64,000 nucleotides of DNA from Myxococcota bacterium (GTDB lineage: Bacteria > Myxococcota_A > Polyangia > DASYRF01): the NCBI GenBank assembly GCA_036004705.1, contig DASYRF010000339.1:1676-65675 (forward strand), given 5' to 3'. Below, piece after piece: positions 1-8,557 of this stretch (within the stretch, counting starts at the first letter, position 1; every line of letters begins with the position of its first letter). A program made the translations under genes and the position numbers. The notes beneath the pieces are model-generated. The model had not been told where the DNA came from. It did no database searches and saw only the letters and a list, made by a program, of their open reading frames with translations.

Positions 1-282
1 GTGGCGCCGTATCCGGTGGTCGATCCCTACAACACGTTCCGGAACGGCGGCGTGCCGCAGAACTACCTCGGCGGTGCACCGGGGCGCTTCTACGGCGTCG
101 AGACGGATCTGGCGCTACGCTGGAAGGTGCGCCTGCCGAAGTTCGGGACGTTCGGTGACAAGCCGAGCGCATGGACGCTGCAGGGCGGCTGGATGGTCCC
201 GGGGAACGTCTTCCGTGACGCCTCCAGCCGGCGAATGCCCCAGCTATGGGAAGTGGTGCTTCGGCTGTGGCTCGCCTGGTAG
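1..282 (+). CDS. 3' end of a probable outer-membrane beta-barrel protein gene (5' part outside window)
   Basis: Frame open from window edge to TAG 280-282. Beta-strand-like segments (YGVETDLALRWKV, WTLQGGWMVPGNVF) and an aromatic C-terminal residue (..RLWLAW), as in OMP C-termini. Confidence 0.5.
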   Translation: MAPYPVVDPYNTFRNGGVPQNYLGGAPGRFYGVETDLALRWKVRLPKFGTFGDKPSAWTLQGGWMVPGNVFRDASSRRMPQLWEVVLRLWLAW

Positions 283-299
283 GGCGAGAGGAGCTCGTC

Positions 300-3287
300 A
301 TGCGATGGTCCTGGTGGGCAACGGTGGTGGGGCTCGGCGTGGGACTCGGGGTGGTAGCGGCGGCCGGCTGCCAGGCGCCTGCGCCCGAAGGGCTGGCCCC
401 GACGCCGGAGGGGGGAACGGGACCGGAGGTCGTCTTCGACTTCGACGCGCGCCCGTTGCCGGAGGTGCCGTTCCCCATCGACCTGGCCACGCGCCCCGAC
501 CCCGACTCGCCGACGGGGCGCCGCGTGAACGCCTCGCTCGTCGCGCCCACGGTTTTCGAAGCGGCGCTGCGCGGCCACGTCGACGAGCTCGACGGCTTCT
601 CCACGTTCGCGCCCATGAGCGTGCGCTTCGACGCGCCGCTCGACGTCGCCGACTTGCTGGCGCGCCACGGCGCCGATCTGGACTTCGCCGACGACGCCGT
701 CTTCTTGGTGAACCTGACCACCGGCGCGCCGGTGGCGCTGGACATCGGCGGCGGCGCCTATCCGTACGTGCTGGAGAACCCGGCGCGCTATTACCCCAAC
801 GACCCGCGCGTCGCCGGCTCCAACCTCGTCTTCGAGACGGTCGAAGAGGACCTGGACGGCGACGGCGTGCTCGACCCCGGCGAGGACACCGATTCGGACG
901 GCGTGCTCGACCATCCCAACACGCTCGCCCCAGGCGGCGACCCCGTGGACGACCTCCTCACGTTCTACGAGCGCGAGACCAACACGCTGATCGTCCGCCC
1001 GCTCGTCCCGCTCGACCCCGAGACGCGTTACGCCGTGGTGCTCACGACGCGCTTGGTGGGCGAGGACGGCGCGCCGGTGCGCTCGCCGTTCGCCTTCGTC
1101 AACCACACCATGCAGACGGACGACCTGCGCCCGCTGGTCGGCTTCCTCCCCGACCTGGGGCTCGCGCTGGGCGACGTCGCCTTCTGCTGGAGCTTCACCA
1201 CGCAGTCCACGACGCGCGACCTGGAGAACCTGCGCATGGGGCTCTACGGCGAGGGGCCCTACGCCTTCCTGGCGGACGAGTACCCGCCGGAGACGCGGCT
1301 GGAGGTGGCCTACGACGATCCGGCGGCCGCGCCGGTGAATCCTTTCGTCGTGCCCGCCGACGATCTCTTCGCGGCGCTCGCCCCCTTCGCCGGGGCACTG
1401 CTCGGCGACCAGGAGGTCGTCGACGAGCTGGCCCAGTCTTACTATGACTATGCGCAGTTCGTGGTACTGGGCCGCGCCACCACGGCGCTGATGTTGGACG
1501 GCCCGGGCACGACCTGGAAGCTCGACGCCACGGCCGGCACCGTGGAGCACAGCGACGACGACCTTCCCTTCCTGCTGACGATCCCCAAGGAGCGGCCCGC
1601 CGAGGGCATCGTGAAGCCTTTCCCGGTGGCCATCTACGTGCACGGCACGGGCGGCTCGCGCCTGGAGTCGCTCGGCTTCGCCGGGCAGATGGCGAAGTTC
1701 GGCATCGCCACCATCGGCATCGACTGCTACGCGCACGGGCTGGCGCTGCCCGAGTCGCTGGGCGACCTCTTCACGGGCCTGCTCGCCAACGCGGGGCTCG
1801 GGGCAGCGGCCACGGCGTTGCTGGACAACCGCACCCGCGACATCAACAACGACGGCGTCCCCGATCCTGCCGGCGATTTCTGGACGAGCGACGCGTTCCA
1901 CACGCGCGACACGATCCGGCAGGCGGCTTTCGACGTGGTGCGCCTCATCCACGTGCTGCGCGGGTTCGACGGCACGCGCACCTGGTCCTTCGACGCCGAC
2001 GGCGACGGCACGCCGGACCTGGCCGGCCCGGCCGGCGACTTCGACGGCGACGGCGTGGTCGACCTGGTCGGCCCCGAGGGCCCGTATTACGTCTTCGGCA
2101 TCTCGCTGGGCGGCATCGTCACGAGCCTCGTGCCAGCCGTGGAGCCGTCGGTGGTCGCCGCGGTGCCCATCTCCACGGGCGGCGGGCTCATCGACGTCAC
2201 GATCCGCTCGCTCCAGGAGGGCGTCCCCGAGGCCGTCATGCTGCCCACGCTAGGGCCGCTCGTGCTCGGCCTCCCCGACGACGCTGCCGGCGGCGTCCCG
2301 ACCGTCGCGCTCTACGTCAATGACGCCTATGCCGAGGCGCTCGTGCCGGTGCATGCGTTCGACGGGGCGCTGCCGGGCGACGGCGTGCGCGCCACGAACC
2401 TGCGCTCCGGCGAGGCGCGTCTAGGGGTCGTCGACGGCGACCTGCGCTTCCGCGTGGCCCTGCCGGTGGACGCCGGCGACCCGCTGCAGATCGACGTGCT
2501 CGACCCGACGACGAGCGCCGTCGTGTGGAGCGCGACGACGTTCGATCGCGACGTGACGTTCGACGGCGTGGACTACCCGTCGGGGGCGCCGCTCGTGGCG
2601 CTCACCTCCGGGATGGGCCTGCCGCGCGAGACGCCGGACTTCCGGCGCCTGATGGCGGTGGCGCAGATGGCGGTCGATCCCGGCGATCCCGTGAACTACG
2701 GTCCGCACTACTTCAACGACCCGCTCTTCGACGACTACCCCGGCGTCGGCCGGCCGGTGAACGTTTCGATCATGCTCAGCGCCGGGGACATGAACGTTCC
2801 CATCAGCGGTGGCGTGACGTTGGCACGCGCCGCCGGCATCGTTTCCTACGACACCGTCGATCCGCGCTTCGGCGAAACGCCCGACCGCGTGCTCATCGAC
2901 GGCTACGTCGCGGAAGGGCTGGAGCGGCTGCGGCGCTTCGCCGGCCCGCCCTGGAACGACCCGCGCGAGATCATCCTCGACCCTGACAACCTGAGCGCCG
3001 GCAGCGACGGCTTCGCCGCGCCGGTGCTCTCGGTTCCGCTGCGTCTGGGCGTCGACGTACCGGCGGGCGACGCCGGCGGCGGCGGCGGCCGCGCCGTCGT
3101 CCGTTTCCTCTACGTCGAGTCGACCGGGCATCACGGCTTCGGCCCCTCCGACCCGCGGCTGGCGTTCAACGTCCACCTCTGGGCCATCAACGCCATCGGT
3201 CATTACTTCGCCACCGGCGGCACCGACTGGCGCGACGACGTGTGCCTCGCCGACAGCAGCTGCGAGTTCCTCCCCACCGGGCCCTGA
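300..3287 (+). CDS. Secreted lipoprotein alpha/beta-hydrolase (lipase/esterase-like), paralog 1 of 4
   Basis: SD GAGGAG 288-293 then ATG 300. Signal peptide with lipobox (VVAAAGC). Nucleophile elbow GISLGG, YVHGTGGSR motif, DxDxDG calcium-type repeats. N-terminal FPIDL..SPTGRRV motif shared with the ORF at 62499, and collinear with the ORFs at 27557 and 30118. Confidence 0.85.
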   Translation: MRWSWWATVVGLGVGLGVVAAAGCQAPAPEGLAPTPEGGTGPEVVFDFDARPLPEVPFPIDLATRPDPDSPTGRRVNASLVAPTVFEAALRGHVDELDGFSTFAPMSVRFDAPLDVADLLARHGADLDFADDAVFLVNLTTGAPVALDIGGGAYPYVLENPARYYPNDPRVAGSNLVFETVEEDLDGDGVLDPGEDTDSDGVLDHPNTLAPGGDPVDDLLTFYERETNTLIVRPLVPLDPETRYAVVLTTRLVGEDGAPVRSPFAFVNHTMQTDDLRPLVGFLPDLGLALGDVAFCWSFTTQSTTRDLENLRMGLYGEGPYAFLADEYPPETRLEVAYDDPAAAPVNPFVVPADDLFAALAPFAGALLGDQEVVDELAQSYYDYAQFVVLGRATTALMLDGPGTTWKLDATAGTVEHSDDDLPFLLTIPKERPAEGIVKPFPVAIYVHGTGGSRLESLGFAGQMAKFGIATIGIDCYAHGLALPESLGDLFTGLLANAGLGAAATALLDNRTRDINNDGVPDPAGDFWTSDAFHTRDTIRQAAFDVVRLIHVLRGFDGTRTWSFDADGDGTPDLAGPAGDFDGDGVVDLVGPEGPYYVFGISLGGIVTSLVPAVEPSVVAAVPISTGGGLIDVTIRSLQEGVPEAVMLPTLGPLVLGLPDDAAGGVPTVALYVNDAYAEALVPVHAFDGALPGDGVRATNLRSGEARLGVVDGDLRFRVALPVDAGDPLQIDVLDPTTSAVVWSATTFDRDVTFDGVDYPSGAPLVALTSGMGLPRETPDFRRLMAVAQMAVDPGDPVNYGPHYFNDPLFDDYPGVGRPVNVSIMLSAGDMNVPISGGVTLARAAGIVSYDTVDPRFGETPDRVLIDGYVAEGLERLRRFAGPPWNDPREIILDPDNLSAGSDGFAAPVLSVPLRLGVDVPAGDAGGGGGRAVVRFLYVESTGHHGFGPSDPRLAFNVHLWAINAIGHYFATGGTDWRDDVCLADSSCEFLPTGP

Positions 3288-3306
3288 CGCCGGCGCCGCG
3301 CCAGAG

Positions 3307-3403
3307 CCGGTCCCAAGACTCCGCCTACCGGGTGCGAGGCGGAGCCCCGGATGAGCCAAGGCTGGCTTTGCCAGCCGAGAGCGGACGAAGGTCTTGGGAC
3401 CGG
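3307..3403. other. 97-nt nested-hairpin element between convergent genes (possible bidirectional terminator or small structured RNA)
   Basis: 13-bp perfect inverted repeat CCGGTCCCAAGAC (3307-3319) / GTCTTGGGACCGG (3391-3403). It encloses hairpins TCCGCCT..AGGCGGA (3320-3343) and GGCTGGC-ttt-GCCAGCC (3360-3376). Confidence 0.5.
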
Positions 3404-3405
3404 TA

Positions 3406-6400
3406 CTAAGACGCGACGAGGGTCAGTTGAAGCAAGCGGCGGTTCGCCGGGACGTTCTCACGGAACGTGCGGCGCAGCTGGTCGTCGTCGATCCGCGCCA
3501 GGAGCTCGTCGAGGCGACCACGGGCGGTGGCGCCGGCCGCGGCGGCTTCAGCGGTACGGCCCAACGCGGCCAGCACGTCGTGATGGCACAGCAGCAGGTC
3601 GATCTCGCCCTCTTCCATGCCGCCGGCGGCGGCGCGGGCGGCGAGCGCGCGTTCGCATTCGGGCAGAGCTTCCGCCGCCCGGCCCAGGTCGAGGAGCGCT
3701 TGCGCGCGCACCGTTGCGCAGGAGGCCTCATTCAGCTGCAGCCGCTCGCGTCGCACGACCTGGAGCGCCGCGTCGGCGTCCGCCAGCGCCGCCGTCGGGT
3801 CGCCCGCCTCACGCGCCAGGACCGAGCGCGACGCCAGCGCCGCAGCCGTCAGCACCGGGTGCCCCATCGCCTGCGCCAGCTCCAGGCAGCGCGCCAGCGC
3901 GGCGCGCCCCGCTTCCACCTCGCCGAGCTGCGCCAGGGCCGCGCCCAGGGCCTGCAAGGCGAAGCCTTCCGTCTCGCGCAGGCCCAAGCTTCGCGCCCGG
4001 ACCAACGCCTGCTCCAACAGGTCGCGGGCCCCGCCCACCTCGCCGAAGCAGCGCAGCAGGCCGGCGGCGCTGACGACCGAGGCGGTCGCGCTGCGCACCG
4101 CGCCGGAAGCCGTGAACTCGTCGGCGGCAACGCGGAATGCCGCGAGCGATCGCGCGTGGTCGCCGTGCAGGCCGGCGACGTAAGCGCTCACCGCGACGCA
4201 CAGGGCGCGCACCATGCCGTTGGTCGTCTCGCGCGCCAGCGCCACCGCGCCGCGCGCCTCCTCCTCCGCCTCGTCAGCCCGGCCGAGATGAACGTACTGC
4301 GCCGCCAGGCCAGCGCGCGCCCAGGCCACCAGCGCATCGTCGCCGGCGGCGAGCGCCGCCATCTCGCGCCAGGCGTCGCAAGACTCGGTGAAACGACCGC
4401 GGCGCGAGAGCTGCATCCCGCGCCGCATGCGCGCCTCGGCGCGCGCGGCGGCCGACACGCCCCCGCCGTCCGTGGTGCGCTCCAACGCCTCCAGCCACTC
4501 CAGGGCCTGTTCCTCGTCGTCGACGCGCCCGAGCCAATGCAGCGCCGTCGCGCGCCGGACGCCCAGCGCGTAGGCTTCCGCGGCCGGCAGCGGCGCCACG
4601 CCCAGCACGTCCGCGAGCGCGCGGCCGGCGTGCGCGACAACCTCTGCGGAGTCGCCGCGGTCGTGCGCCTGCGCGGATGCGCGCGCCCACAACGGCCGCG
4701 CCAGCGCCGGTTGCCCCGCGCACTCGTGGTGCTCGGCCACCTCCCCCGGGGGCGCGTCGGGCTGCGCCCCCAGCCACGCCGCCGCCAACCCGTGCAGCGT
4801 CCGCCGCTGCGCCTCCGTCAACATCCCGTAGGCCACTTGCTGCACCACGCTCTGCCGGAAGAGCCACTCGTCGCGCCCCGCCAGGCGCGGCTCGGTGCTC
4901 GGTACGACCAGGTCACGCCGGCGCAGCGTGCGCAGCACGCGCGGGGCTTCGGGCTCGCCGAGCGCCGCCGCCGCTTCGCTCCAGAAGCGGCGGCCCAGCA
5001 CCGCCACCCGCTTGAGCAAGTCCTTCTCGCGTGGATCGAGCGCGTCGAGCCGTCCCTGCACTGCGCCCTCCACCGTCGGCGGCAGCGCGCTTGCGTCCGC
5101 TCCGTCCTTCACTGCCCGTGCCAGCTCCTCGGCGAAGTACGGGTTCCCGGCGGCACGCTCCACCACGGCCGGCTCGGCGCGCCCCAGGATCCGCTCGACG
5201 ATGACGGCCGCGTCGCGCGCGCTGAGCTCCCGCAGCGATACGCGCTCGGCACCGGGTAGCGTATCGGGGCGCGCCGCCAGCAGCTCCGGCCGCGCCCAGG
5301 CCAGCACCGCGAACGGCCGCGCTTCGAGCCGCAAGAGCAGGAACTCCACAAGCGCGAGCGACGCGCCGTCCGCCCACTGCACATCGTCGAGCGCCAGGAC
5401 CACCGGGCCCTGCGCGCAGAACCCTTCGAAGAGGTCGCCCAGCGCCAGGCGGATGCGATCCGACATGATCTGCAGTTGGGCGCGCGCCGTTGCCAGGTGC
5501 ACGTTCTCGGGGAAGGGTACGCCGAGGAGCTCGCCGATGAACTCCACCGTTCCGCGCCGCTTGGCCGCCGGCACCGCCGCGTCAGCGGCGAGCGCCTCGA
5601 TCAGCGCGCGCGCCTGCTCCAGGGGCGAGCCCTCGGGCAGGGCCGCACAGGCGCGCAGCACTCCGGCGATCATCGCGTGAGAGGAGAAGGCGCGCGTGGA
5701 TTCGCCGCGTCCCTCCAGCCAGCGTGCGCCACTCACCGCCGTGGCCACTTGGCGACGCACCTCGTCCAGCAGGCGGCTCTTGCCGATGCCCGGCGGGCCG
5801 ACCACGAGCGCCGCTTCCGCGCGGCCGTCGCCGGACGTGCGCTCGACGAGCTCCACCAAACGGCGCAGCTCCGAGGCGCGCCCCAGGAGAGGCACCGTGC
5901 CGTCCTCGGGCCCGTCCCCGCCGCCGCGGAGCGGTGCGGCGCGCGCCGCCCGTACCTCGCCGTCGTCGTTCACCTCGAACGCCCGCTCCACGCGCCGCCG
6001 CGTCTCCGGGCACGCCCCCACCAAGCCCTCCGCGCCGCTCGACTCCAGGCGACGGACCACCGCTTCGGCGGCGAACAGCGCTGCACCCGTCACCAGCGTC
6101 GCCTCGCCCTCCACGCGCAGGGCTTTGCCCGTGCCGACCGCGATCCAGCGGGCGTGCGCGCGCGCGGCCAGAGCGGCGCGCACTGCGCGCGCCGGCTCGT
6201 CGCCGGCCCACTCCGCGCCGCCGAACACGCCCACGAAGCGGCCCCCCGCAAGCTCCGTCCCGGCGCCGCCGAGCCCCTCGACCAGGTACGACAGCGCGTC
6301 AGCCGCCGCGCGATCGCGCACGCCCTCCGCCAGCAGCGCCGTCACCAGCCGCACCTCGTCGCGCAGCGACACCGGCGTCGTGCGCGCGCTCGTTTCCGTG

Positions 6401-7326
6401 TCCGTGTCCGCGTACGGGCCAGCGCTCGCGCCCGTGCGCGCGTCTACGTGCAGGGCGCTCGCCGCCTGCGCCGTCGCCGCGGCGGGCGCCGCCGCCAGCG
6501 CGCCGTCGTCCAGCGCCAGCGCCGCGGCGAAGTCCCTCATCGTCGCGAAGCGCTGTGCCGGGTCCTTCTGTAGGGCGCGCCGGACCACCGCGGCCACCGC
6601 CGCCGGCACGTGCGCCGGCAGCGGCAGGGGCTCGTCGCGCACGATCCGCAGCATCTCGGCGAGCGCGTTCCCGCCCGCCCAGAACGGTCGCTGCCCCGAG
6701 AGCGCGCGGTGCATCACCGCCCCCAGCCCCCAGACGTCCGTGCGCTCGTCGATGCGCCCCTCGCCGGTCGCCTGCTCCGGGGCCATGTACGAGGGTGTCC
6801 CCATCAGCGCGCCGGTCTGGGTCAGGCGCGTCGCCTCGGCGTCGACTTCGAGGGCGATGCCGAAGTCGAGCACCTTGACGTCCCCGTCGCCGCACAAGAA
6901 CAGGTTCCCCGGCTTCACGTCGCGGTGGACCAGGCCATGCGCATGCGCCGCGCCCAGTCCGGCGGCCGCCGCCCGCGCCACCCGCACGGCTTCGCCCACG
7001 GCCAGCGGCCCAGCGCGCAGTCGCGCGTCCAGGGATTGCCCCTGCAGCAGCTCCATGGCCACGAACAGCAGGCCCCCACCGTCGGCCTGTCCGTGGTCCA
7101 GCGCACGCACCACGTTGGGATGATCGAGCGCCGCCAGCGTCTCGGCCTCGCGCGCGAAGCGCCGCGCCAGCTCCGGCTCCAGCCCGGCGCCGCGCAGCAG
7201 CTTCAGCGCTGCCGTCCGGCCCTCGCCGTCGGCGGCGTGCCAGACCTCGCCCATGCCGCCCGCGCCTAGCCGCTCGATGAGTCGCCACCGCCCGATCGAG
7301 CGACCCGCCTCCGCTCGTCCACTCAC
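3406..7326 (-). CDS. Ser/Thr protein kinase fused to a degenerate cyclase-like segment, AAA/STAND P-loop ATPase and TPR-like repeats (1306 aa)
   Basis: GTG start at 7326. Hanks kinase motifs GAGGMGEVW, AALK, HRDVKPGNLF, DFGIA, SYMAPE. Walker A GPPGIGKS mid-protein, then a long helical-repeat C-terminus. Confidence 0.92.
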   Translation of the reverse strand: MSGRAEAGRSIGRWRLIERLGAGGMGEVWHAADGEGRTAALKLLRGAGLEPELARRFAREAETLAALDHPNVVRALDHGQADGGGLLFVAMELLQGQSLDARLRAGPLAVGEAVRVARAAAAGLGAAHAHGLVHRDVKPGNLFLCGDGDVKVLDFGIALEVDAEATRLTQTGALMGTPSYMAPEQATGEGRIDERTDVWGLGAVMHRALSGQRPFWAGGNALAEMLRIVRDEPLPLPAHVPAAVAAVVRRALQKDPAQRFATMRDFAAALALDDGALAAAPAAATAQAASALHVDARTGASAGPYADTDTETSARTTPVSLRDEVRLVTALLAEGVRDRAAADALSYLVEGLGGAGTELAGGRFVGVFGGAEWAGDEPARAVRAALAARAHARWIAVGTGKALRVEGEATLVTGAALFAAEAVVRRLESSGAEGLVGACPETRRRVERAFEVNDDGEVRAARAAPLRGGGDGPEDGTVPLLGRASELRRLVELVERTSGDGRAEAALVVGPPGIGKSRLLDEVRRQVATAVSGARWLEGRGESTRAFSSHAMIAGVLRACAALPEGSPLEQARALIEALAADAAVPAAKRRGTVEFIGELLGVPFPENVHLATARAQLQIMSDRIRLALGDLFEGFCAQGPVVLALDDVQWADGASLALVEFLLLRLEARPFAVLAWARPELLAARPDTLPGAERVSLRELSARDAAVIVERILGRAEPAVVERAAGNPYFAEELARAVKDGADASALPPTVEGAVQGRLDALDPREKDLLKRVAVLGRRFWSEAAAALGEPEAPRVLRTLRRRDLVVPSTEPRLAGRDEWLFRQSVVQQVAYGMLTEAQRRTLHGLAAAWLGAQPDAPPGEVAEHHECAGQPALARPLWARASAQAHDRGDSAEVVAHAGRALADVLGVAPLPAAEAYALGVRRATALHWLGRVDDEEQALEWLEALERTTDGGGVSAAARAEARMRRGMQLSRRGRFTESCDAWREMAALAAGDDALVAWARAGLAAQYVHLGRADEAEEEARGAVALARETTNGMVRALCVAVSAYVAGLHGDHARSLAAFRVAADEFTASGAVRSATASVVSAAGLLRCFGEVGGARDLLEQALVRARSLGLRETEGFALQALGAALAQLGEVEAGRAALARCLELAQAMGHPVLTAAALASRSVLAREAGDPTAALADADAALQVVRRERLQLNEASCATVRAQALLDLGRAAEALPECERALAARAAAGGMEEGEIDLLLCHHDVLAALGRTAEAAAAGATARGRLDELLARIDDDQLRRTFRENVPANRRLLQLTLVAS

Positions 7327-7338
7327 CGCCCGAGTCTA
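7327..7338 (-). promoter_or_regulatory. -10-like TAGACT placed 6 nt upstream of the kinase GTG (leaderless-type start)
   Basis: Minus strand reads GCTAGACT-cgggcg-GTG. No SD. Confidence 0.4.
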
Positions 7339-7483
7339 GCAAGCTCCGCCGCGCGGCGTTGCGAGTGTGGCGCCGCGCCGGCCACCCGTGCGTCGTACCT
7401 CGAGAGCGTGGAGCCCAATCAGCGCATCATCGCTCTTGCCCGCCTGGGCCTTCCCCGGACGACCCGCCGCCGCGCGCCCGCGA

Positions 7484-8503
7484 CTACAGCGTGCCGTTCA
7501 GGGTGGCGGCGACGGTGAAGAGGTCGCCGATGTCGTAGAAGTCCACGGTCGGGAAGTTGGGCAGCGCGCCACTCGCGGCCTGGCAGGCCAGGGCGCGGTC
7601 CAGGAACAGCGGGTCGTAGTTCACCATCTCGGCGTTGGCCGGCGACGCGAGCGGGTTCGTCAGGAAATGGTTCAGGATGAAGAGCGGGTTGCCGGCCACG
7701 CCGCGGTTCATGGCGCAGGTGAAGTCGGCGGGCGTGTCGAACGCGTACGGCGTCTCCCACGCGAACGCCCACACGTCGTGGTACCAAGCCGGGGCGCCGG
7801 CGTCGTAGTCGGTGAACGCGACCAGGCGCGCGCCGCCGTCGATCATCTCGCGCAGCGTGGGCCACGGCGCGCCGGCCGCCTGCGTCCAGACGTACGCGTC
7901 GAGCCCGGAGGCGGCGAACGCGGCGGCCACGTCGGCCGCCGGAACGTACGACTCGAAGATGAGGCTGACGACTTCGCGGGGGCACACCTCCAGGAAGGCG
8001 CGGACCTTGCTCAGGCCGTCGGCGAGCGGCTCGTTCCCGAGCGAGCAGACGCCGTGGCACAAGTAGGTGCCGCCCAGGTAGGGATGCACGTCCAGCATCA
8101 GGCCACGCACGCCGTCGGCGAGCTGGCGGGTGATCCCGTGATGCTGGTTGGGGATGAGCCACCCTTCGTCGTCGTTCGACATGGCGTTGTGAGTCGTCGG
8201 GTAGGTCACGTCGTCGTAGGCGCGGTCGCACAGCGCGTCGTCTCCGTTGCAGGCGGTGACGGCGACGGCGCAGGCGGGCGGCGGCGCGGCGTCCGTGCCG
8301 AGCGGCGCGGCGTCCGTGCCTGCGTCGCCGGCGGCGCGCGCATCGGGCGGTGCGGCGTCGCCGTCCGGACGGTGCCGGCACCCGGCCGCCGCCGCGAGCG
8401 CGAGCGTCAGTGCGAGCACGCGCCCCAGCCCAGGCGTTCGCCCGGGCGAGGATGCCCGCCGCGGGGCGAGCCCGGCGGCGGTGCGCGCGGCAGGCAGTCC
8501 CAT
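7484..8503 (-). CDS. Lipoprotein with PLC-like phosphodiesterase (PI-PLC X-domain-like) fold
   Basis: ATG 8503. Lipobox LALAAAAGC. Motifs TYPTTHNAMSN and ITRQLADGVRGLMLDVH resemble the catalytic His regions of PI-PLC X domains. The upstream part of track ORF 7484..9907 is antisense of the next gene and was discarded. Confidence 0.8.
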   Translation of the reverse strand: MGLPAARTAAGLAPRRASSPGRTPGLGRVLALTLALAAAAGCRHRPDGDAAPPDARAAGDAGTDAAPLGTDAAPPPACAVAVTACNGDDALCDRAYDDVTYPTTHNAMSNDDEGWLIPNQHHGITRQLADGVRGLMLDVHPYLGGTYLCHGVCSLGNEPLADGLSKVRAFLEVCPREVVSLIFESYVPAADVAAAFAASGLDAYVWTQAAGAPWPTLREMIDGGARLVAFTDYDAGAPAWYHDVWAFAWETPYAFDTPADFTCAMNRGVAGNPLFILNHFLTNPLASPANAEMVNYDPLFLDRALACQAASGALPNFPTVDFYDIGDLFTVAATLNGTL

Positions 8504-8516
8504 CCTCCCTAGTCTA
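8504..8516 (-). promoter_or_regulatory. -10-like TAGACT placed 7 nt upstream of the PLC-like gene ATG
   Basis: Minus strand reads GCTAGACT-agggagg-ATG. The same octamer GCTAGACT occurs at 7333-7340. Confidence 0.4.
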
Positions 8517-8526
8517 GCCGGCCGGG

Positions 8527-8535
8527 TGCTATGAT
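8527..8535 (+). promoter_or_regulatory. Extended -10 (TGcTATGAT) for the Cys-repeat lipoprotein gene
   Basis: TGcTATGAT at 8527-8535, expected TSS near 8542, then SD GGAGG 8547-8551 and ATG 8558. Confidence 0.45.
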
Positions 8536-8557
8536 CGCAGCAAAACGGAGGCAGGAA

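Noticed and set aside
74-1952. Long ORFs overlapping the first hydrolase gene on other frames/strand (74..1447 +, 90..1952 -). There are many similar ones across the window, for example 3394..5259, 5696..7123, 13610..16258, 16339..17697, 18064..19800, 23459..26956, 29962..32661 and 54069..56780 beyond 55547.
   Set aside because: Their translations are dominated by Arg/Ala/Pro/Gly with no motifs, and they lie antisense to or off-frame of ORFs with clear domain signatures. Stop codons are rare in DNA of about 70% G+C, so such ORFs are expected by chance.
3347-3395. Hammerhead-ribozyme-like strings (CGGAUGAG ... CGAAGGUC) inside the 97-nt hairpin element
   Set aside because: The core is CGGAUGA rather than CUGAUGA (the conserved U4 is absent). 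The sequence between the two strings cannot form stem II next to the GAA. It is treated only as a generic structured element.
8531-8557. ATG 8531 as the start of the Cys-repeat lipoprotein
   Set aside because: ATG 8558 has a well-spaced GGAGG SD and gives a canonical signal peptide. ATG 8531 overlaps the proposed -10 element.
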